DNA of 64,000 nucleotides from an uncultured Mailhella sp. (lineage in GTDB: Bacteria; Desulfobacterota; Desulfovibrionia; Desulfovibrionales; Desulfovibrionaceae): the NCBI RefSeq assembly GCF_905187505.1, contig NZ_CAJJIC010000001.1, positions 24,264 through 88,263 on the forward strand, read 5' to 3'. The notes under the pieces are model-generated. The model was not told the DNA's origin. It made no database searches and worked only from the letters and a program-made list of their open reading frames with translations. Shown here in pieces: positions 44,972 to 55,161 of this stretch. The position numbers and the translations under genes are program-made. How positions within the stretch are numbered: the first letter of the stretch is position 1; each line of letters begins with the position of its first letter.

Positions 44972-45736
44972 ATGAAAAAATGGCTCATCGCTCTGGCCAC
45001 TCTGGTCATCCTGCTGATTGCAGGCGTCATCATTCTCTTTTTCTCTCTCAATTCCATCGTGGAAAAGGCCGTGAACACGGAAGGTCCGAAGATTACGGGC
45101 ACCGCCGTGCATCTGGACAAGGCCGATCTTTCCCTCTTCTCCGGCAAAGGCGTGTTCAGCGGCTTCTCCGTAGGCAACCCCGCGGGCTTCAGCGGCAGTC
45201 ATGCCGCAACGGTGGACTCCATTGCCGTGGCGCTTGACACAGGCTCCGTGTTCAAGGATGTCGTCATCGTGCGCAACGTGACCGTCGACGGCCCGGAACT
45301 TGTCTACGAGCTCGGCAAGAACACCAGCAACTTCGACGTCATCCTGAAAAACGTCCGGGAGTACGCCGACAGGAACGAAAACAAGGAATCCGGCACATCC
45401 GCCTCTTCCGGCAAGACCGACGACGCCTCGAAAAAGAAGGTCATCATCGACGAACTTGTCATACGCAACGCGAAGGCCACGCTCCTTGTGCCCCTTCTCA
45501 AGGTCACCGTCCACGTTCCGCTGCCTGAAATCCGCATGACCGACATCGGCCGCAAGGAATCCGGCGCCAGCTTCGCGAAGGCCGCCCTCCTCGTGGCCAC
45601 GGAAGTCTCCCGCACACTGGCCGAAGCGACGGCGGAGCAGACGAAGAACCTGGGCTCCACGCTGCTCAAGGATGGCGACAAGGCCGGCGACAAGGCAAAG
45701 AACCTGCTGAAGGAAGGACTCAAACTGTTCAAGTAG
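44972..45736 (+). CDS. Membrane-anchored protein of unknown function (AsmA/DUF748-like by eye)
   Basis: N-terminal TM anchor MKKWLIALATLVILLIAGVIILFF, a beta-rich body and a Lys-rich tail. GGAGG (44961-44965) lies before the ATG at 44972. Confidence 0.6.
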   Translation: MKKWLIALATLVILLIAGVIILFFSLNSIVEKAVNTEGPKITGTAVHLDKADLSLFSGKGVFSGFSVGNPAGFSGSHAATVDSIAVALDTGSVFKDVVIVRNVTVDGPELVYELGKNTSNFDVILKNVREYADRNENKESGTSASSGKTDDASKKKVIIDELVIRNAKATLLVPLLKVTVHVPLPEIRMTDIGRKESGASFAKAALLVATEVSRTLAEATAEQTKNLGSTLLKDGDKAGDKAKNLLKEGLKLFK

Positions 45737-46034
45737 CGCCTCCTGCCGCCGAAAAGCGGCTGAACGCGATATCCGACCGTCCGCATCATGATGCGGACGG
45801 TCTTTTTCATGGTTTCCACTCCTTCCGGTCAGCGCGTAAGGCGCACCCCTTCAGCGCCACGAAGCACGAAGCCTTCCGTAAGGACGCCGCCCCCCCGTCC
45901 CATCTTCTTTTGCTCCGATCCTCAGGCTCAGGGCGGAAAAGACCGGCTCCCGCATCTTGCCATGAGAAAGGCTGTGGACTAGCATGGCTCTACCCATGCC
46001 GCCGCGCATGATCACCCTGTTTCCCCGCATTGCC

Positions 46035-47213
46035 ATGAACTACAGAAAAATTCTGCTTCTTTCCCTCGGTCATCTGTCCTGCGATCTCAACTCTCACGCC
46101 CTTCCCGCCCTGCTGCCCTATCTGGCGGCGGCGCACGGCTTCGACTATCAGACCTGCGGCTTTCTGGCCTTTGCCTATTCCGCCGTGGCTTCCCTGGTTC
46201 AGCCGGGACTCGGGCTTCTGGCCGACAGAATAGCCCGGGGCTGGTTCATTCCTCTCGGCATTCTCATGGCCGCCACGGGCATAGGCGCCACAGGCTTTCT
46301 CTCCAATGAATACGCCATGTTCCTTTCCCTGGTCGTCGGAGGCATAGGCGCGGCTGTCTTCCACCCCGAAGCGGCGCGCTACGCCAACATCGTTTCCGGC
46401 GACCGCAAGGGCGTCGGCCTCAGCATCTTTTCCGTGGGCGGCAACGGCGGCATGCTCATGGGACCGGTCATCGTCATGCTGGCCGTAGGCGGCGTGCCCA
46501 TGGGAGACTTTACCCTCGGAGGCTTCGGCCTGCACGGCACGGCGGCCTTCTGTCTGCTCGGTCTCGTCATGGCCTCCCTGCTCTTCTGGCGCGTGTCCGC
46601 CTGGGACATGGCGGCAAGGACTCCCAAGGTCCTGAGCGGCAGCGCGGGAGCTTCCAATGAATGGGGATCGTTCGGCATACTGTCCGGCTGCCTGCTCACC
46701 CGCATGGGCCTTACCGTGGCCTTCACCACCTATCTGCCCCTCTACTGGCAGGGCGTGTTTCACGCCTCCGCCGCCACGGGCAACCTCATGCTCGTTCTCT
46801 TTTCCGTGTTCGGGGTGGCCAGCAACCTCACCGGAGGCGCGGCCGCCGATCGCTGGGGCTTTCGCCGCATCATACGCTGGGCGTCCTTCCTCTCCCTGCC
46901 CATACTGGCCGTCTTTCCTCTGGTGACAAGCCCGTGGCTGGCCGGTCTTCTGCTCGCGCCGCTGGCCATTGCCCTGTTCGCCCCGTTCAGCTCCATGGTC
47001 GTGCTTGGGCAGCGCTATCTTTCCAAGAACATGGGATTCGCCTCAGGCATCACGCTCGGCGTGGCCGTGAGCGTGGGCGGGATGTTCGCTCCCGTTCTCG
47101 GCTGGGCTGCCGACGCGTGGGGAGGACTCGCCCCCGCCATGCATCTGCTCACGCCTCTCGCCGTCATCGGCGCAGTATGTGCGTGCTTTTTGAGGGAACC
47201 GAAGAACGCCTGA
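46035..47213 (+). CDS. MFS transporter
   Basis: About 12 hydrophobic segments with MFS motif-A-like GLLADRIARG. Start at MNYRKILL (46035). Confidence 0.85.
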   Translation: MNYRKILLLSLGHLSCDLNSHALPALLPYLAAAHGFDYQTCGFLAFAYSAVASLVQPGLGLLADRIARGWFIPLGILMAATGIGATGFLSNEYAMFLSLVVGGIGAAVFHPEAARYANIVSGDRKGVGLSIFSVGGNGGMLMGPVIVMLAVGGVPMGDFTLGGFGLHGTAAFCLLGLVMASLLFWRVSAWDMAARTPKVLSGSAGASNEWGSFGILSGCLLTRMGLTVAFTTYLPLYWQGVFHASAATGNLMLVLFSVFGVASNLTGGAAADRWGFRRIIRWASFLSLPILAVFPLVTSPWLAGLLLAPLAIALFAPFSSMVVLGQRYLSKNMGFASGITLGVAVSVGGMFAPVLGWAADAWGGLAPAMHLLTPLAVIGAVCACFLREPKNA

Positions 47214-47288
47214 AAAGAAAAGCTTTCAGGTGCTCCGGCATCCGCTGCCGCAACATACGCAGACGAAACGCATCGGAAATCATGACGA

Positions 47289-47335
47289 AACGCCCGTCCG
47301 TTTTTTTCCCCCAAAGAAAACAACGGACGGGCGTT
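47289..47335. terminator. Bidirectional terminator between the convergent MFS and Lon-like genes
   Basis: AACGCCCGTCCGTT / AACGGACGGGCGTT perfect 14-bp stem. The loop region can extend the pairing (TTTTC/GAAAA). Confidence 0.6.
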
Positions 47336-47432
47336 GTTCATGATGATACCGGAAGTTCACGCAAGGAGGCCACTTCAAAAGAAGCGCCTGAGACCTTGTC
47401 GGACCGCTCGGTCAGCGCGAAAAACTTCCGTG

Positions 47433-49883
47433 TCAGGGATGCGTTCTGCGCCTCCTGGTCTTGAAACTGTGCTCGGCCAGCCAGCCGAACTCACTCAGGC
47501 GCTCGTCGACCTTGCAGAACAGGGTGTCCTTCGGGAAGGACCCGTCCTTGCGGCGGCGTCCCGCGGGAATGCCGGTCAGAAGTTCCATGGCCTCGGCAAT
47601 GTGCGTCACGGGATAGATGGAAAACTTTCCGTCGCGCACGGCATTGACCACCTTTTCGTCCAGCATGAGATGTTCCACGTTGTCGCGCGGCAGAATGACT
47701 CCCTGCTCGCCCGTGAGACCTCTGCGGGAGCACAGCTCGAAAAAGCCCTCTATCTTGCGCGTCACGCCGCCCACGGCCATGATCTGTCCGGACTGGCTCA
47801 CCGCGCCGGTAAAGGCCAGAGAAAGCCGGATGGGAACCTCGGAAATGGCGGAAAGCAGCGCCGCCAGCTCCGCACCCGAGGCGGAATCTCCCTCAATGCC
47901 GCTGTAGCTCTGCTCGAAGCAGAGACTGCCGGAAAGCACCAGCGGCTTGTTGTGCGCGAACTGCGAGGCAAGATAGCTTTTGAGGATCATCATGGCCTTG
48001 GTGTGGATGGGGCCGCCGAGCTCCGCCTCGCGCTCAAGATCGATGATGCCGCCGTGCCCCACTCCCACGGTGCAGGAAATCTGATGCGGCAGACCGAATT
48101 CATAGTCTCCGCTCGTGGTGACGGCAAGGCCGTTGACGCAGCCGACTTCCGCTCCCGAGGTGCGCAGCTTGATGACGTCCCTGTCGTATTCCTCCATGAA
48201 GAGTTCCTCGACAAGATCCGAACGATGCCGTCTTGCCCGCAGCGCCTCGTCGAGACTGGCCTTGTCCACCATGGACTTGCCGGCCATGGACGCCATGGCC
48301 GACGCCTCGATGAGCGTCTCGCGCATGAGAGGGAAGCGCAGGGAAAGCTTTCGATGATCCTCGCACAGTTCCGAGCCGTGATCCACCAGACCGGCCAGGG
48401 CCTCGCGGTCGAAGGGCAGCAGGTCGGCCTCGTCCATGATGCGGGCGAGCTGGCAGAGCCAGGAACGGACGGACGGGGCCGTGCGCTCGGTTTCCGAAGC
48501 CATCTGTGCCTTGATCTTGAACTGCTTGGCAAAACGCTCGTCGCGCTCAAGGAGCATTTCGTAAAGCTCATCCTCGCCCACGAGCACCACCTTGAGATTG
48601 AGCGGCATGGGCTCGGGCTCTATGCCCTTCACACGGGAGGTGTCGTTGAAGTCCGGGTCCTCGATGCGGGCCACGCCGGAACGCAGAGCGCGCATGAGTC
48701 CTTCCCATGCGGGACCGTTCGCCAGAAGGTCGTTGACGTGCAGGATGAGATAGCCGCCGTTGGCGCGGTGCAGGGAGCCGGCCTTGATGAGCGTGAAATC
48801 CGTGACCAGCGCGCCCATTTCCGATTCTCTCTCCACGCAGCCGAGCAGGTTGCCGTAGGTGGGGTGATCCTCCACCACCACGGGCGCGCCGTGCATTCCG
48901 CCGTTGTCCACAAGCACGTTGACGCTGTAGCGGTACAGATCCGGCTCCTGCGGGGACGCGTTTTCCCCATGGGGAAGAACGGCAGGGCCGTCCTTGGGCA
49001 GAAACAGATCCAGGTGTTCCAGCACATCGGCACGAAGGTCGTCGAAAAAGGCGCGCAGCTCGTCGGTCTTCTCTTCGCAGCCGCACACGCGGCAGGCTCG
49101 GACGGCCACAGGCTCCACCAGTCGGTTCAGCAGGTACTCCGCGGCTTCGCGTTCAAGCTGCTGCTCCTTCTTCTGAAAGCTTTTCTCAAGCTCGCCCATC
49201 TTTCGGACGAAGGGAGCCATGCTCTGCAAAAGCTGATCAGCACGGCGCTTGAACTCCTTCCTTTCCAGAGCGTCCAGAAGCGCGACTTCCTCATCGCTCA
49301 GACGCCTGCCTTCCTTCATGGGAAAAAGCGAAAGCGAGCCCTGCTCCTCGGCCTCAAGGGCAAAGCCCTTTTCTTCGGCCATGCGCTCAAGTTCCTTCAC
49401 CATGCCCGAGCGCTTTTCGCGAAACTCCTCGCGTCCGGCGCGGCGTTTGCGCAAAAAGGCATCGGAATCCAGCCTCGCGGGCAGATCCTCGCGCATTTGC
49501 CGCAGGGCGTCCGCCAGGGAATCGCGCAGCTGTCCGCCCTGCCCGGCCGGAAGCTGAATGAGCACGGGTCTGTCTTCGTCCTTGAAGTTGTTGACGTAGA
49601 TGACGTCCGGCGGCGTGGCCTCCCTGCGAGCCAGGGGCTCAAGAAAGTCGCACAGCATATAGGTCCGGCCGAGATCGGGAGAACCGGCCAGATAGACGTT
49701 GTAGCCGGAGTTGCGTATGTGCACGGCCAGTTCCAGCGCGGCCAGCGCCCTGGGCTGAGCCGGACGGCGTCGGCCACCGCGGGGAATGGCGCGACTGTCC
49801 TCCCACGGGATGCGCTCCGCAGGCCAGGAAGGATGCAGCTTTTCCGCAGGCAGCGGCGCAACGAGATGAAGCGCAGGACTCAT
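47433..49883 (-). CDS. Lon-like (S16) protease with an AAA-like N-terminal domain
   Basis: C-terminal Lon proteolytic domain ([18 protein letters not shown]... Ser; [11 protein letters not shown] Lys). N-terminal AAA-like region with GSPDLGRT, i.e. Arg where Walker A has Lys. 816 aa. Confidence 0.85.
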   Translation of the reverse strand: MSPALHLVAPLPAEKLHPSWPAERIPWEDSRAIPRGGRRRPAQPRALAALELAVHIRNSGYNVYLAGSPDLGRTYMLCDFLEPLARREATPPDVIYVNNFKDEDRPVLIQLPAGQGGQLRDSLADALRQMREDLPARLDSDAFLRKRRAGREEFREKRSGMVKELERMAEEKGFALEAEEQGSLSLFPMKEGRRLSDEEVALLDALERKEFKRRADQLLQSMAPFVRKMGELEKSFQKKEQQLEREAAEYLLNRLVEPVAVRACRVCGCEEKTDELRAFFDDLRADVLEHLDLFLPKDGPAVLPHGENASPQEPDLYRYSVNVLVDNGGMHGAPVVVEDHPTYGNLLGCVERESEMGALVTDFTLIKAGSLHRANGGYLILHVNDLLANGPAWEGLMRALRSGVARIEDPDFNDTSRVKGIEPEPMPLNLKVVLVGEDELYEMLLERDERFAKQFKIKAQMASETERTAPSVRSWLCQLARIMDEADLLPFDREALAGLVDHGSELCEDHRKLSLRFPLMRETLIEASAMASMAGKSMVDKASLDEALRARRHRSDLVEELFMEEYDRDVIKLRTSGAEVGCVNGLAVTTSGDYEFGLPHQISCTVGVGHGGIIDLEREAELGGPIHTKAMMILKSYLASQFAHNKPLVLSGSLCFEQSYSGIEGDSASGAELAALLSAISEVPIRLSLAFTGAVSQSGQIMAVGGVTRKIEGFFELCSRRGLTGEQGVILPRDNVEHLMLDEKVVNAVRDGKFSIYPVTHIAEAMELLTGIPAGRRRKDGSFPKDTLFCKVDERLSEFGWLAEHSFKTRRRRTHP

Positions 49884-50824
49884 GCCTTCTCCTCTTCTCC
49901 GTCATAAAGCTCGGCAAGAATGCGGTCGGCGCCTCTGCCGAGCAGCTCTTCGGCAAGGGCACGGCCCATGCGCTCCGCCTCTTCCAGCGAGGCGCTCGAG
50001 CGCAGAGAGCCGCGTATCACCGTTTTGCCGTCCACGCCGGCCACCAGGGCGTCCAGCGTCAGCTCTTCTCCGCAAAGCCCGGCGTGGGCCGCAATGGGCA
50101 CCTGACAGCCTCCGTCGAGGCGACGAAGGAACGCGCGCTCGGCGGAAACGCACAGGCGCGTGGGACGATGCTCCAGAAAGGCGAGAAGTTCATGCAGATC
50201 TTCCCTGTCCTCCCTCATTTCCACGCCGAGAGCGCCCTGTCCCACGGCGGGCAGCATGGCGGGCGGCACAAGATCTTCCTGCCACGTTGCCGAAAGGCCG
50301 AGGCGCTTCACTCCGGCACGGGCAAGAATGATGGCGTCATACTGCCCTTCCTTCATCTTGCGCAGACGGGTTTCCACGTTGCCGCGCAGCATGTCCACGC
50401 GGATGTCGGGGCGCAGGGCCAGAACCTGCGCCTGTCTGCGCAGGGAGCTCGTTCCCAGCACGGCACCGGCAGGAAGAGCGGAAAGCGAGGCATAGTTTTC
50501 GGAAAGAAAAAGATCGGTGCAGATTTCCCGCTCCGGCACGGCACCGAGCACAAGTCCCTCGGGCAGCACCATGGGAACGTCCTTCATGCTGTGCACCGCG
50601 ATGTCCGCCGCGCCGGAAAGCAGCGCTTCCTCGATTTCCTTGACGAACAGACCCTTGCCGCCCACCTTGGCCAGCGGCACGTCGAGAATGACGTCGCCCT
50701 TGGTCTTGAGCACGAGCAGCTCGACCTCAAGGCCGGCATGATGCGCCAGAAGGCGTTCCCTGATATGTTCCGCCTGCCACAGCGCAAGCTTGCTTCCCCG
50801 CGTGGCGATGATGATTTTTTTCAT
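49880..50824 (-). CDS. hemC: Hydroxymethylbilane synthase (porphobilinogen deaminase)
   Basis: [20 protein letters not shown]..., [21 protein letters not shown] and LRGNVETRL. The stop overlaps the Lon-like start (ATGA). Confidence 0.93.
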   Translation of the reverse strand: MKKIIIATRGSKLALWQAEHIRERLLAHHAGLEVELLVLKTKGDVILDVPLAKVGGKGLFVKEIEEALLSGAADIAVHSMKDVPMVLPEGLVLGAVPEREICTDLFLSENYASLSALPAGAVLGTSSLRRQAQVLALRPDIRVDMLRGNVETRLRKMKEGQYDAIILARAGVKRLGLSATWQEDLVPPAMLPAVGQGALGVEMREDREDLHELLAFLEHRPTRLCVSAERAFLRRLDGGCQVPIAAHAGLCGEELTLDALVAGVDGKTVIRGSLRSSASLEEAERMGRALAEELLGRGADRILAELYDGEEEKA

Positions 50825-51268
50825 ATAAACTCCAGAGTTGCCGGAACCGGCGGGCATGAAGCCCAGCCGGACCCTTTCGTCGCCCTGAGAGGCTCGAGGC
50901 TCCCTTGTCGGGAAACGGCATGATGAACGAGGATTCCGAAAACGCCGGGCACGGCACGGACGCTTCGCCAGAAAAAGCGTGAAGATTCTGTACGACCGCA
51001 ACGCAGGAACACGCGCCGAAGGCTCCCTGGAAAGGGAAGGCCACGCAGCGAAGGGACGTTCCCTTTCCGGCAGAGACCTTTCGACCATGCCTGCGAAAGC
51101 GTTCCCGCGCGGCGCGGAAACGACGATGCGTCGCGCCTCATGCGGCCGAAGGCTCCCTTGAAAAAGAAAAATCATGAGCGCGACCTTGACGGATCACGCC
51201 CATGGAACCCCTTATGAAAACAAGGAAAGCGGTAACGGGGAGCGCCCGCGAAGGCTCTCCCGCACACC

Positions 51269-51508
51269 TTAGTGACCGCAGCTTGCGCAGTTTCCGCCGG
51301 AGCAGCCGGCGCAGCCGCCGCCCGAGGCCGGAGCGGACGAAAGATCGAAGGAATCGGGCGTGCCGTCCGCAAGTCGGCAGGAGCAGCGCGAAATCATCTT
51401 TTCCGTTTCCGTGGAATGGCACTTGGGGCAGGAAGGCTTTTCATCGCCGAAGACGAGATCTTCAAACGTATGGTTGCAGGCCTTGCAGCGGTATTCATAG
51501 ATAGGCAT
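51269..51508 (-). CDS. FmdB-family zinc-ribbon protein
   Basis: MPIYEYRCKACNHTFE...CPKCHS (CxxC...CxxC) and a Gly/Cys-rich tail. Confidence 0.85.
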   Translation of the reverse strand: MPIYEYRCKACNHTFEDLVFGDEKPSCPKCHSTETEKMISRCSCRLADGTPDSFDLSSAPASGGGCAGCSGGNCASCGH

Positions 51509-51513
51509 GGATA

Positions 51514-52131
51514 TCAGGCTCCTTTCGGGTTCTCATCGCTGAGGGCCCGGACATTTTCAAAAAGATAGTAGTCGACAAGCTGACACATGAGGTGCATGCA
51601 CGCCTCGTGCATTTCCTGAATGAGCGGCGTGTGTCCGTGAGGCACGTCGAGCAGATAGTCGCACATGGACGCCATGCGGCCCCCGCCCTTTCCGGTCAGT
51701 CCGACGACCGTCATGCCCGCAGCACGGGCGGTCTCTATGGCTTTTATGACGTTGACGCTTCCGCCCGAGGTGGAAAAGGCCACCAGCACGTCTCCGGGAC
51801 GTCCGAGTCCGGAAACCTGGCGGGAAAACACTTCCTCGTAGCCGTAGTCGTTGCCCACGGCCGTGAGCGTGGACGTGTCCACCGTAAGGGCCACGGCCGG
51901 AAGCGACGGCCGCTCCATGAGAAACCGTCCCAGGAGTTCGCCGGTCATGTGCTGGGCGTCGGCGGCGCTTCCTCCGTTGCCGCAGACAAGAATCTTTCCC
52001 CCGGCGGCAAGGCAGCGGGCCATGCTGCGGGAAGCGGCGTCAAGAACGGGAGCGACATCCGCAAGGAAGGTTCGGCGCAGTCGCGCGCCTTCCTCGGCGT
52101 GTTCCTGTATGATTTCAAGAGCTGTTTTCAT
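51514..52131 (-). CDS. gmhA: SIS-domain phosphoheptose isomerase (GmhA/DiaA-like)
   Basis: CGNGGSAADAQHMTGEL, TAVGNDYGYEEVF and AFSTSGGSVNV. Confidence 0.8.
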   Translation of the reverse strand: MKTALEIIQEHAEEGARLRRTFLADVAPVLDAASRSMARCLAAGGKILVCGNGGSAADAQHMTGELLGRFLMERPSLPAVALTVDTSTLTAVGNDYGYEEVFSRQVSGLGRPGDVLVAFSTSGGSVNVIKAIETARAAGMTVVGLTGKGGGRMASMCDYLLDVPHGHTPLIQEMHEACMHLMCQLVDYYLFENVRALSDENPKGA

Positions 52132-52538
52132 GATGCTCCATGATGCTTGGCATAAGCGGCGGCAGCCGCGAGTTTACGAACAAGGAACCATACCCCAAAG
52201 CGACGGGGCTGACAATGGCCGGAATTGTTGCCGAACCGGCGGAAACAGGATGCGTTCCGTGCTCAGAAGATAACTCCGTCTCCGGCTTCGGCAAGGGGAA
52301 GAAGCGGCCTTTTTCCGGCAATGCGCCTCTTTCTCTGCGCCCTGCGCACCTGCCGCGACGGCTGGCACGCCCCCTCTGCAGAAGGCCTGACACGGGACGT
52401 CCGTTTCATTTTTCCGTTGCGCGGGATTGTTCTTTAGAGTACAAGACTCCCATGCCCCGGACTGTCTTCATCCCGGCGCACGTTTTATTCCGCCTTCCGC
52501 TCTGCGGCACGCGCCGGGAGGCCCTCAAAGGACATTCC

Positions 52539-53414
52539 ATGCATCCCATCTCGCGTCTTCTCATTCTTCACAAGGACAATCCTCAGCCGGAAAACGCCGG
52601 TCGGGAACTGCTCTCCTGGCTGAAGGCACGCCATGTGGACGGCATTCTGCTTTCCGCCGGAGCCGATGCCATCACCATGCGGGCCGAAGCCGCTGCAAGC
52701 GACGCCGTGCTCGTGCTCGGCGGCGACGGCACCATGGTGGGCGTGGCGCGCCGTCTGGCAGGCATACGCACGCCGCTTGCGGGCATGAATTTCGGGCGCG
52801 TGGGATTTCTGGCATCCCTGCCCGCCGAGGGCTGGGAAAAGCCGCTTGCCGACATGATTCTGGGGCGATGGGAACTTGAACGCCATCTCACGCTGCGCTG
52901 GCGCATTCTGAGACGGGAGGGAAACGACCTTCATCCCCGAAGCGAAGGCGTGGCCATCAACGACGTGGTCACCGCCCACGGCGTCGTGGCCCGCGCCGTC
53001 TCCCTGAGTCTCACCATAGACGACGTGCATTTCAGCACGCTGCGCTGCGACGGCGTCATCGTGTCCACGCCGCTCGGCTCCACCGCGTACACGGCTTCCG
53101 CCGGGGGGCCTCTCACCATGCCCTCCATGAATGCCCAGCTCGTCACCCCCATCTGTCCCTTTGCCGGCGGCTTTCCGCCCATCGCCCTGCCCGCCGCTTC
53201 GCGCATACGACTTGAAGCCTGCCGTCACGGCGATCAGGTGCTTCTGTCCGTGGACGGTCAGGAGAATCTTCCGCTGGATTTCGGCGACGTTCTGGAAATC
53301 CAGGGCGTGCCCGACCAGCTTTACATGCTGGTGAGCGACACAAGCTGGTATCTGCGCCGCCTCATCGACCGGGGCATCGTCACTTCGGGACCGGGCAGAA
53401 GAGAAAGCCTCTGA
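52539..53414 (+). CDS. nadK: NAD kinase
   Basis: VLVLGGDGTMV (GGDG), NFGRVGFL, INDVV, DGVIVSTPLGSTAYTASAGGP. Start at MHPISR (52539); the upstream part of the track ORF is non-homologous. Confidence 0.92.
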   Translation: MHPISRLLILHKDNPQPENAGRELLSWLKARHVDGILLSAGADAITMRAEAAASDAVLVLGGDGTMVGVARRLAGIRTPLAGMNFGRVGFLASLPAEGWEKPLADMILGRWELERHLTLRWRILRREGNDLHPRSEGVAINDVVTAHGVVARAVSLSLTIDDVHFSTLRCDGVIVSTPLGSTAYTASAGGPLTMPSMNAQLVTPICPFAGGFPPIALPAASRIRLEACRHGDQVLLSVDGQENLPLDFGDVLEIQGVPDQLYMLVSDTSWYLRRLIDRGIVTSGPGRRESL

Positions 53415-53656
53415 GAGCACGCAGGCAGGTTCCGGACGCCGGTGCCTCGCCATCACGGCGAAACGTAACGCCGGAAACGTGTTTGCCTTCCGCCGACGCC
53501 GCATTTGCGGAACGGACGACTCCCGCTTCGTCGGCTCCTCTCCGCACTGCGGCCGAACGTCCGGGTTGCGCTTGAGCCTCGCCGTTTTTAATGATAGGAG
53601 TACAGATTCCTCCGCCCGGGAGGCTTTGTTTATCCGCTATCATCAGGGAGTACCCC

Positions 53657-55093
53657 ATGTCCGCATACGAGGCTGTCATCGGCCTGGAAGTGCACGTGCA
53701 CCTGGCCACTGCCAGCAAGCTTTTCTGTTCCTGCCCCAATTCCTTCGGCGACGAGCCCAACACCAATGTCTGCGAAGTTTGCGCCGGAATGCCCGGCGTT
53801 CTGCCCGTGCTCAACCGCAAGGCCGTGGAATACGCCTCGCGCATGGCGCTCGCCATCCACGCGACCATCAATCAGCGCTCTCAGTTCGCCCGGAAAAACT
53901 ATTTCTACCCCGACATGCCCAAGGACTACCAGATTTCGCAGTTCGAGCTTCCCCTCTGCGAGCACGGCTGGCTCGACATCACGGTCAACGGGGAAAAGCG
54001 CCGCATCGGCATCACCCGCATCCACATGGAAGACGACGCGGGCAAGAACATCCATCCTCAGGGCGAAAATTTCAGCTATGTTGACCTCAACCGGGCCGGT
54101 ACGCCTCTCATCGAAATCGTGAGCGAGCCGGATCTGCGCAGCGCGGAAGAAGCCGTGGCCTACCTCAAGAAACTGCATGCCATGGTGGTGAGCCTCGGCA
54201 TCAGCAACGGCAACATGGAGGAAGGCTGCTTCCGCTGCGACGCCAACGTGTCCATACGTCCCCGCGGGGAAAAGAAGCTCGGCACCCGCACGGAACTGAA
54301 GAACCTCAATTCCTTCCGCAACGTGCAGCGCGCCATCGAGTTTGAAATCGCAAGACAGTCCGATCTGCTCGACGACGGCGAGGAAGTGATTCAGGAAACC
54401 CGCCTCTACGACGCCGCCCGCAACCTTACCGCGCCCATGCGCAGCAAGGAGGACGCGCAGGACTACCGCTATTTTCCCGATCCCGACCTGCTCCCGGTGG
54501 TCATCACCGACGAGGAGCTCGCCGAATGGGCGGCCACGCAGCCGGAACTTCCCGAAGCCCGCATGGCCCGCTACATGGGCGACTTTCAGCTTCCCGAACA
54601 GGATGCCGAGCAGCTCTGCTCCGATCCGCACCTTGCCGTGCTTTTTGAAAAGGCCTGCAACATCTGCTCTCAGCCCAAAAAGGTGGCCAACATCATGCTC
54701 GGCATGATGATGCGCGAGGTCAATCAGAGCGGCATAAGCACCGCCGACATCAAAATTTCTCCCGAAGCCCTGGCCGAGCTTGTCGCCATCATCGGCAACG
54801 GCACCATTTCCGCCAAGATTGCGGCCGACATTTTCCCCGAGCTCATGAAGGGCGAGATCATGCCCGCCGAGCTCGTCAAGGCCCGCGGACTCGTGCAGGT
54901 GTCCGACACCGGCGCCATCGACGCCGCCGTGCAGAAGGTTCTCGCCGCGCATCCCGCCGAAGCGGAAGCGTACAGAGGCGGCAAGACCAAGCTCATCAGC
55001 TTCTTCGTGGGACAGGTCATGCGCGAAATGCGAGGCAAGGCCAACCCCGCCATGGTCAACGAAGCGCTCGCCCGCTTCCTCGGCCAGGCGTAG
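53657..55093 (+). CDS. gatB: Asp-tRNA(Asn)/Glu-tRNA(Gln) amidotransferase subunit B
   Basis: [13 protein letters not shown]...[31 protein letters not shown], and a C-terminal YqeY-like tail [16 protein letters not shown]. Confidence 0.95.
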   Translation: MSAYEAVIGLEVHVHLATASKLFCSCPNSFGDEPNTNVCEVCAGMPGVLPVLNRKAVEYASRMALAIHATINQRSQFARKNYFYPDMPKDYQISQFELPLCEHGWLDITVNGEKRRIGITRIHMEDDAGKNIHPQGENFSYVDLNRAGTPLIEIVSEPDLRSAEEAVAYLKKLHAMVVSLGISNGNMEEGCFRCDANVSIRPRGEKKLGTRTELKNLNSFRNVQRAIEFEIARQSDLLDDGEEVIQETRLYDAARNLTAPMRSKEDAQDYRYFPDPDLLPVVITDEELAEWAATQPELPEARMARYMGDFQLPEQDAEQLCSDPHLAVLFEKACNICSQPKKVANIMLGMMMREVNQSGISTADIKISPEALAELVAIIGNGTISAKIAADIFPELMKGEIMPAELVKARGLVQVSDTGAIDAAVQKVLAAHPAEAEAYRGGKTKLISFFVGQVMREMRGKANPAMVNEALARFLGQA

Positions 55094-55161
55094 AAGACTC
55101 TCACGTCACGGCGCTCCCCCGTCGGAGCGCCTCAACCCGACACACGGTTTTCCCTATCGCC

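Noticed and set aside
47433-49883. Lon-like protease as a BrxL-type phage-defence component.
   Set aside because: No BREX genes (pglX methyltransferase, pglZ, brxA/B/C) or other defence genes are nearby. The neighbours are hemC and an MFS transporter.
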